Assembly: GCA_021812145.1 (NCBI GenBank)
Contig: JAKAOM010000004.1
Location: forward strand, 1 to 57,885
Direction: 5' to 3'
Length of the DNA: 57,885 nucleotides
Origin: Candidatus Micrarchaeota archaeon
GTDB taxonomy: Archaea > Micrarchaeota > Micrarchaeia > Norongarragalinales > UBA8480
The translations under genes and the position numbers were made by a program. Shown piece by piece: positions 55,501 through 57,885 of the stretch. Within the stretch, counting starts at the first letter, position 1; every line of letters starts with the position of its first letter. Under the pieces are notes generated by a model. It worked only from the letters and a program-made list of their open reading frames with translations. It did not search any database and was not told where the DNA came from.

Positions 55501-57885
55501 GGTGTTTTTCAGGTTCAGGCTTCCGAGCCTAACTTTCAGCCAGGGTCTGCGAATTTGAACAGCATTCAAACAAGCTTTTTCACTATCTCTCCAAGCGATT
55601 ATCTTCCCTTGACTTGCAATACAACGAACATGCAGGTTACCAACAATCTTGACATTCCTGTTTCTTTAACAATAAGCTCTTCTTGCGCTAACGTGAGTGG
55701 TTTCAACGTTCCTCAGGAGCCGAACGGCAATTATTTCATTTCCGCAGTCCAGCCTGGCAAGACTGTTTTTCTAGGGGTTCAACCTACCAGCGCAAGCAGC
55801 TGCATAATGACCTTCACCTCTTCTGACCCTAGAAGCGGGTATAATTATTTTAATCAACTGCAAGTTCAGAACAACTGCAACACTTTCGGCCAGGTCAACT
55901 ACAGCGGAGCTGCCGGGGTTATCCAAATAACAAACGGAGCTTTCAATCCTAACTATGATGAGATTTACGCCACATTAGGCCAGCAGTATGCCGCTCAGCA
56001 AATGAATAACTATTTCACCACTGGAAGCTTGTATGGAATTTCAGGCTATGGAACCAGCCCTGTCTACGGGGCGCAGTATGGAAACATGTATGGAGTTAGC
56101 GGGTTAGGTTACACTAATAATCAGAACCTTTTAGTTCCTAATTCACCTTATAACTTTCAATATTACCAGCAGACTGGCATTAACCCTACTTCTAACCCTA
56201 TGCTTTCTCTTTCCTTTAACGCTAACAGCCAAATGGCTCAGCTTCCCAAGGCTATTGCCTGGATTAACAACGATCCGGTGGCCTATAACTTGAGTTGTTC
56301 TGAGTATAACAGCGGAGTTACTGCGTTCACCAATCAGCTTGTCCAGCCTGGAGGAACTTTTGTCTACAACTTTTCCTCCTATGGCTTGTATTCCTGTAGT
56401 TTAAGCAACGGAGCGGTTGGCCAGGTTCAAATAGACAGTGTTTGTCAGGGCATGAGCGCGCAGTGGATTACCGGCTTGTGGGAGAACTGCATGGCTAGAA
56501 GCTTCATTAACAACGCAGGCTGGTTTGGAAGCGTTACAGGCGAGGATCCTACTACAAAGAAGATAAGCGCCAGCATTGACAACCAATTCACTTTGACTTT
56601 AGGTGGTTTGGTGTTGACAAAGCATTCAGATAAACAGTCAACCTGCACTCAAACTCCTAATGGAAATATTGCTTGCATTGTCATGGTTTCTCCAGTAGTT
56701 CCTGAGAATGGGCTTGCTTTCGTTATGAACGCCGACCCTAAGACAGGAGTTTCAAAATTCGTTTATAACCAGAATAATCCGAGTACTATCACCGTAGGGA
56801 TAGGGCCTGACTTTTCACATGTGAGCACTCCTATTAAAGATACAACCGCCGCATCTTCTATTGCAAGCAATTGTTTTCAGCCTTGCTCTTTGACCGAGTC
56901 AACTGACCAGTGTGGATTTGCCAACACTATAACAAGCACGCTTAAAAACGCTCCTCAAGAAGTTTTTCAGGGTTTGGGCTTGGAGTCGCAGCCTAACCAG
57001 TTTCCTTACATTGTACGGTTCAACCCAAGCGGGGATTGCCTTCAGACAAGAATCGTCTTAAACAAAACAGGACAGCCTTACGCTGAAACAATGTTCGTGG
57101 ACCCGATCAGCAAAAAGGTTTTATGCGCAGATGGAACTTCGTCTTCAGATCCTACCGGCTGTGGTTATAACTCCAATGGTCTTTTAAATGTCGCCCAATT
57201 CCTTTCTTTTAATCTTAATCTGGTTGGTGCTGAAAGCAACGGTAATCTGCAGGGCACTGTTTCTTTCATCGCGAAAATTGATCCTATGTACGACTTTCCT
57301 TTTCTTTTCTACACTGTTCCTCAAGTTGGCAGCACTATAACATTCAGAAGTGTTAACGCTACAGAACCTGTTTTCATAATAAATAACCTGCCCTCTCTTT
57401 TGTCTATTGATAATAAAAACAATAAAAACGCCAACATTTCATTTTGCTCGGGATACGCTGACACAAGTGGGACTTATAACTTAGGTGGATCTTCACCTAC
57501 GCCTGGCTGCTCAAGCGGAAATAGCCAGGAGACTGTAAATGAAAGTCTGCCCGATAGTATACTCTACACTACGCCCGGAGTCATAAATACAAAAACCAAG
57601 GAGGGTAAAACGCAGTATCAGTTGAATTTGGTTTTCGGAACTGGTGTTAGCGCTCCAAATAACGGTATTAACGTGCAATTGCCTTCCTCATCTTCATCTT
57701 CCCCTCAGGCTAACTCTTTTGACACCTTGGGAAATGTTGCCGGCGCTAGCAATAATAACCTTTATGCTCAGGCGCCTAGCGGGGTTAGCCAAACCGATTT
57801 TAACAATATCGCAAAGTGCAGTGGAGATAATTGGTGCGATCAAAAAGACCTTCAGGCTGCTGAAACTTCAATAAAGAATATAGTT
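52510..57885 (+). CDS. Second giant N-anchored cell-surface protein (more than 1792 aa, truncated by the window end), paralog of 46272-52388
   Basis: Absent from the ORF track, consistent with no in-frame stop before the window end. Begins MASLKDWYYAVEDKYYDLMDSVEEKTHVYEWFVNPLEDKGVPSFPVFVLVILALIAVIAFLV; same beta repeats; shares DATVSL.E..G..FNGNP. Confidence 0.85.
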   Translation, partial: MASLKDWYYAVEDKYYDLMDSVEEKTHVYEWFVNPLEDKGVPSFPVFVLVILALIAVIAFLVSSFLVPSQTSMQLSVLSSVGPTPIPNATVSVAFGSQVLSNQTDANGNVSFQVPANTQVRVSVSANGFNPFSEEVSTSSQSITLPSAITLSFASLSTQEFLFNVVDQNGNPLSGASVVVNILSGGSALTGLTDSSGHVVFNVTENSILTYTVSLAGYVQASGSVASSSFNQTVSLAASSTVSVTQGGSQLSDGEVFVNVNDSNGNQAFGTVDVYDAVSNKLLQSDTENGSFSFNVTLGESVYVTFSGNGFVPQTSSPQTVSSENFFTLTAIQATPSTSENITASVVDQNGNPLSGVEVQLFQGGSVLESDSTDSSGSVVFTVSKSVGLNSLYLTGYLPGYLPAQITSVSLSNNLVLNQLLVGGYGSVNVNVVDAGGNPVVNGNVNFYTASGLNLGVYPVLQTDTNGNVNFQGLPVNVSLIVKASYNGAFGSSDAFTLNGGENTSVNIQLSRPLAEVTVNAVDLVSKKPLAGASVLVSTLQQNLPVENCTTNSQGVCVLNSVWADGTQLVFTSSLNGYAPYTSAPIAFNPLSSNVENINMVSNAFNNQTLVVFNGVTDLNGNTVTSLTQGGFYIFHFTASFVNSSQQESLMFRVGDQSTVSNESAYLSSFSYSPSIVQPQVVESSSYNPSGDCSQDVLSTPTNGEGKWVKITYSGLSGTAELNPIVFVNPNTAGQTVNFYYRASSVVNGIYSRDPFDTTLNYSQKTQSLDSCYANSHKLSFNVIQGSNYCNAQGTACVQLLFNGNPSPFTGLLNQPFNVSYKLSNFGPVDAQSAYVLVKSLGNNILFNSYSGDGSASIPQSGAFSAKVLLGSSSENYSGSFASVGVLPVSGSQVYFEFGDTRGAILSSKGFVSTTGNDGLNVQVSSGNFTVGTKQTLTVLVTSVSNNQPITDATVSLNELQGTVFNGNPTSPVVGDGGPGSGENGKYVFNNLITLGPGVFQVQASEPNFQPGSANLNSIQTSFFTISPSDYLPLTCNTTNMQVTNNLDIPVSLTISSSCANVSGFNVPQEPNGNYFISAVQPGKTVFLGVQPTSASSCIMTFTSSDPRSGYNYFNQLQVQNNCNTFGQVNYSGAAGVIQITNGAFNPNYDEIYATLGQQYAAQQMNNYFTTGSLYGISGYGTSPVYGAQYGNMYGVSGLGYTNNQNLLVPNSPYNFQYYQQTGINPTSNPMLSLSFNANSQMAQLPKAIAWINNDPVAYNLSCSEYNSGVTAFTNQLVQPGGTFVYNFSSYGLYSCSLSNGAVGQVQIDSVCQGMSAQWITGLWENCMARSFINNAGWFGSVTGEDPTTKKISASIDNQFTLTLGGLVLTKHSDKQSTCTQTPNGNIACIVMVSPVVPENGLAFVMNADPKTGVSKFVYNQNNPSTITVGIGPDFSHVSTPIKDTTAASSIASNCFQPCSLTESTDQCGFANTITSTLKNAPQEVFQGLGLESQPNQFPYIVRFNPSGDCLQTRIVLNKTGQPYAETMFVDPISKKVLCADGTSSSDPTGCGYNSNGLLNVAQFLSFNLNLVGAESNGNLQGTVSFIAKIDPMYDFPFLFYTVPQVGSTITFRSVNATEPVFIINNLPSLLSIDNKNNKNANISFCSGYADTSGTYNLGGSSPTPGCSSGNSQETVNESLPDSILYTTPGVINTKTKEGKTQYQLNLVFGTGVSAPNNGINVQLPSSSSSSPQANSFDTLGNVAGASNNNLYAQAPSGVSQTDFNNIAKCSGDNWCDQKDLQAAETSIKNIV
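53001..53578 (+). repeat. Exact 35-bp direct repeat (53001-53035 and 53544-53578)
   Basis: CGTGGTTGATCAGAATGGCAATCCTTTGAGCGGGG occurs twice in frame, encoding VVDQNGNPLSG. Confidence 0.9.

Noticed and set aside
25..57874. Many ORF-track entries antisense to or overlapping clear genes (e.g. 615-1055, 5284-5865, 12102-12596, 28110-28544, 36610-37071, 39768-40232, 43982-44398, 55067-55270)
   Set aside because: They are shadow ORFs of well-supported genes, mostly Phe/Ser/Leu-rich from reverse-complemented Lys/Glu codons, with no motifs.

Overview
This is an archaeal chromosomal segment. It is most consistent with a DPANN lineage, probably Micrarchaeota-like; this is inferred from the archaeal informational genes, shortened proteins, a two-intron tRNA and giant uncharged surface proteins. 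The left part (1-25.9 kb) is housekeeping and fermentative metabolism: rpe, split transketolase, geranylgeranyl reductase, IDI-2, a type IV pilin, GalT, Nop5, ADP-forming acetate-CoA ligase, dcd, Mre11, a Brix-Pcc1-prefoldin-DHH block, fibrillarin, a VapBC-like pair with a nonsense-interrupted PIN toxin, aCPSF1, proteasome beta and eL15. It also carries tRNA-Ser(UGA), with a canonical and a T-loop intron, and tRNA-Val(GAC). The middle (26-36.4 kb) is the aIF1-to-cbf5 ribosomal protein/secY cluster, including uS14 and eL14, which the ORF track missed. Next come bacterial-type gap, pgk, thpR and a 2-oxoacid:ferredoxin oxidoreductase pair. The right end (42.9 kb onward) is the most unusual part: an archaeosortase-like gene, a helical-repeat orphan, a Cys-rich class III signal peptide protein, and two tandem paralogous giant N-anchored surface proteins (2038 aa, and more than 1792 aa running off the window). 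The giants share a LEDKGVP juxtamembrane motif and carry uncharged Gly/aromatic-rich inserts, one of them inside an apparently copper-free cupredoxin-like domain. This is a candidate cell-surface or host-contact apparatus. I saw no CRISPR array, rRNA, integrase or transposase. All calls come from reading motifs by eye; no searches were run.
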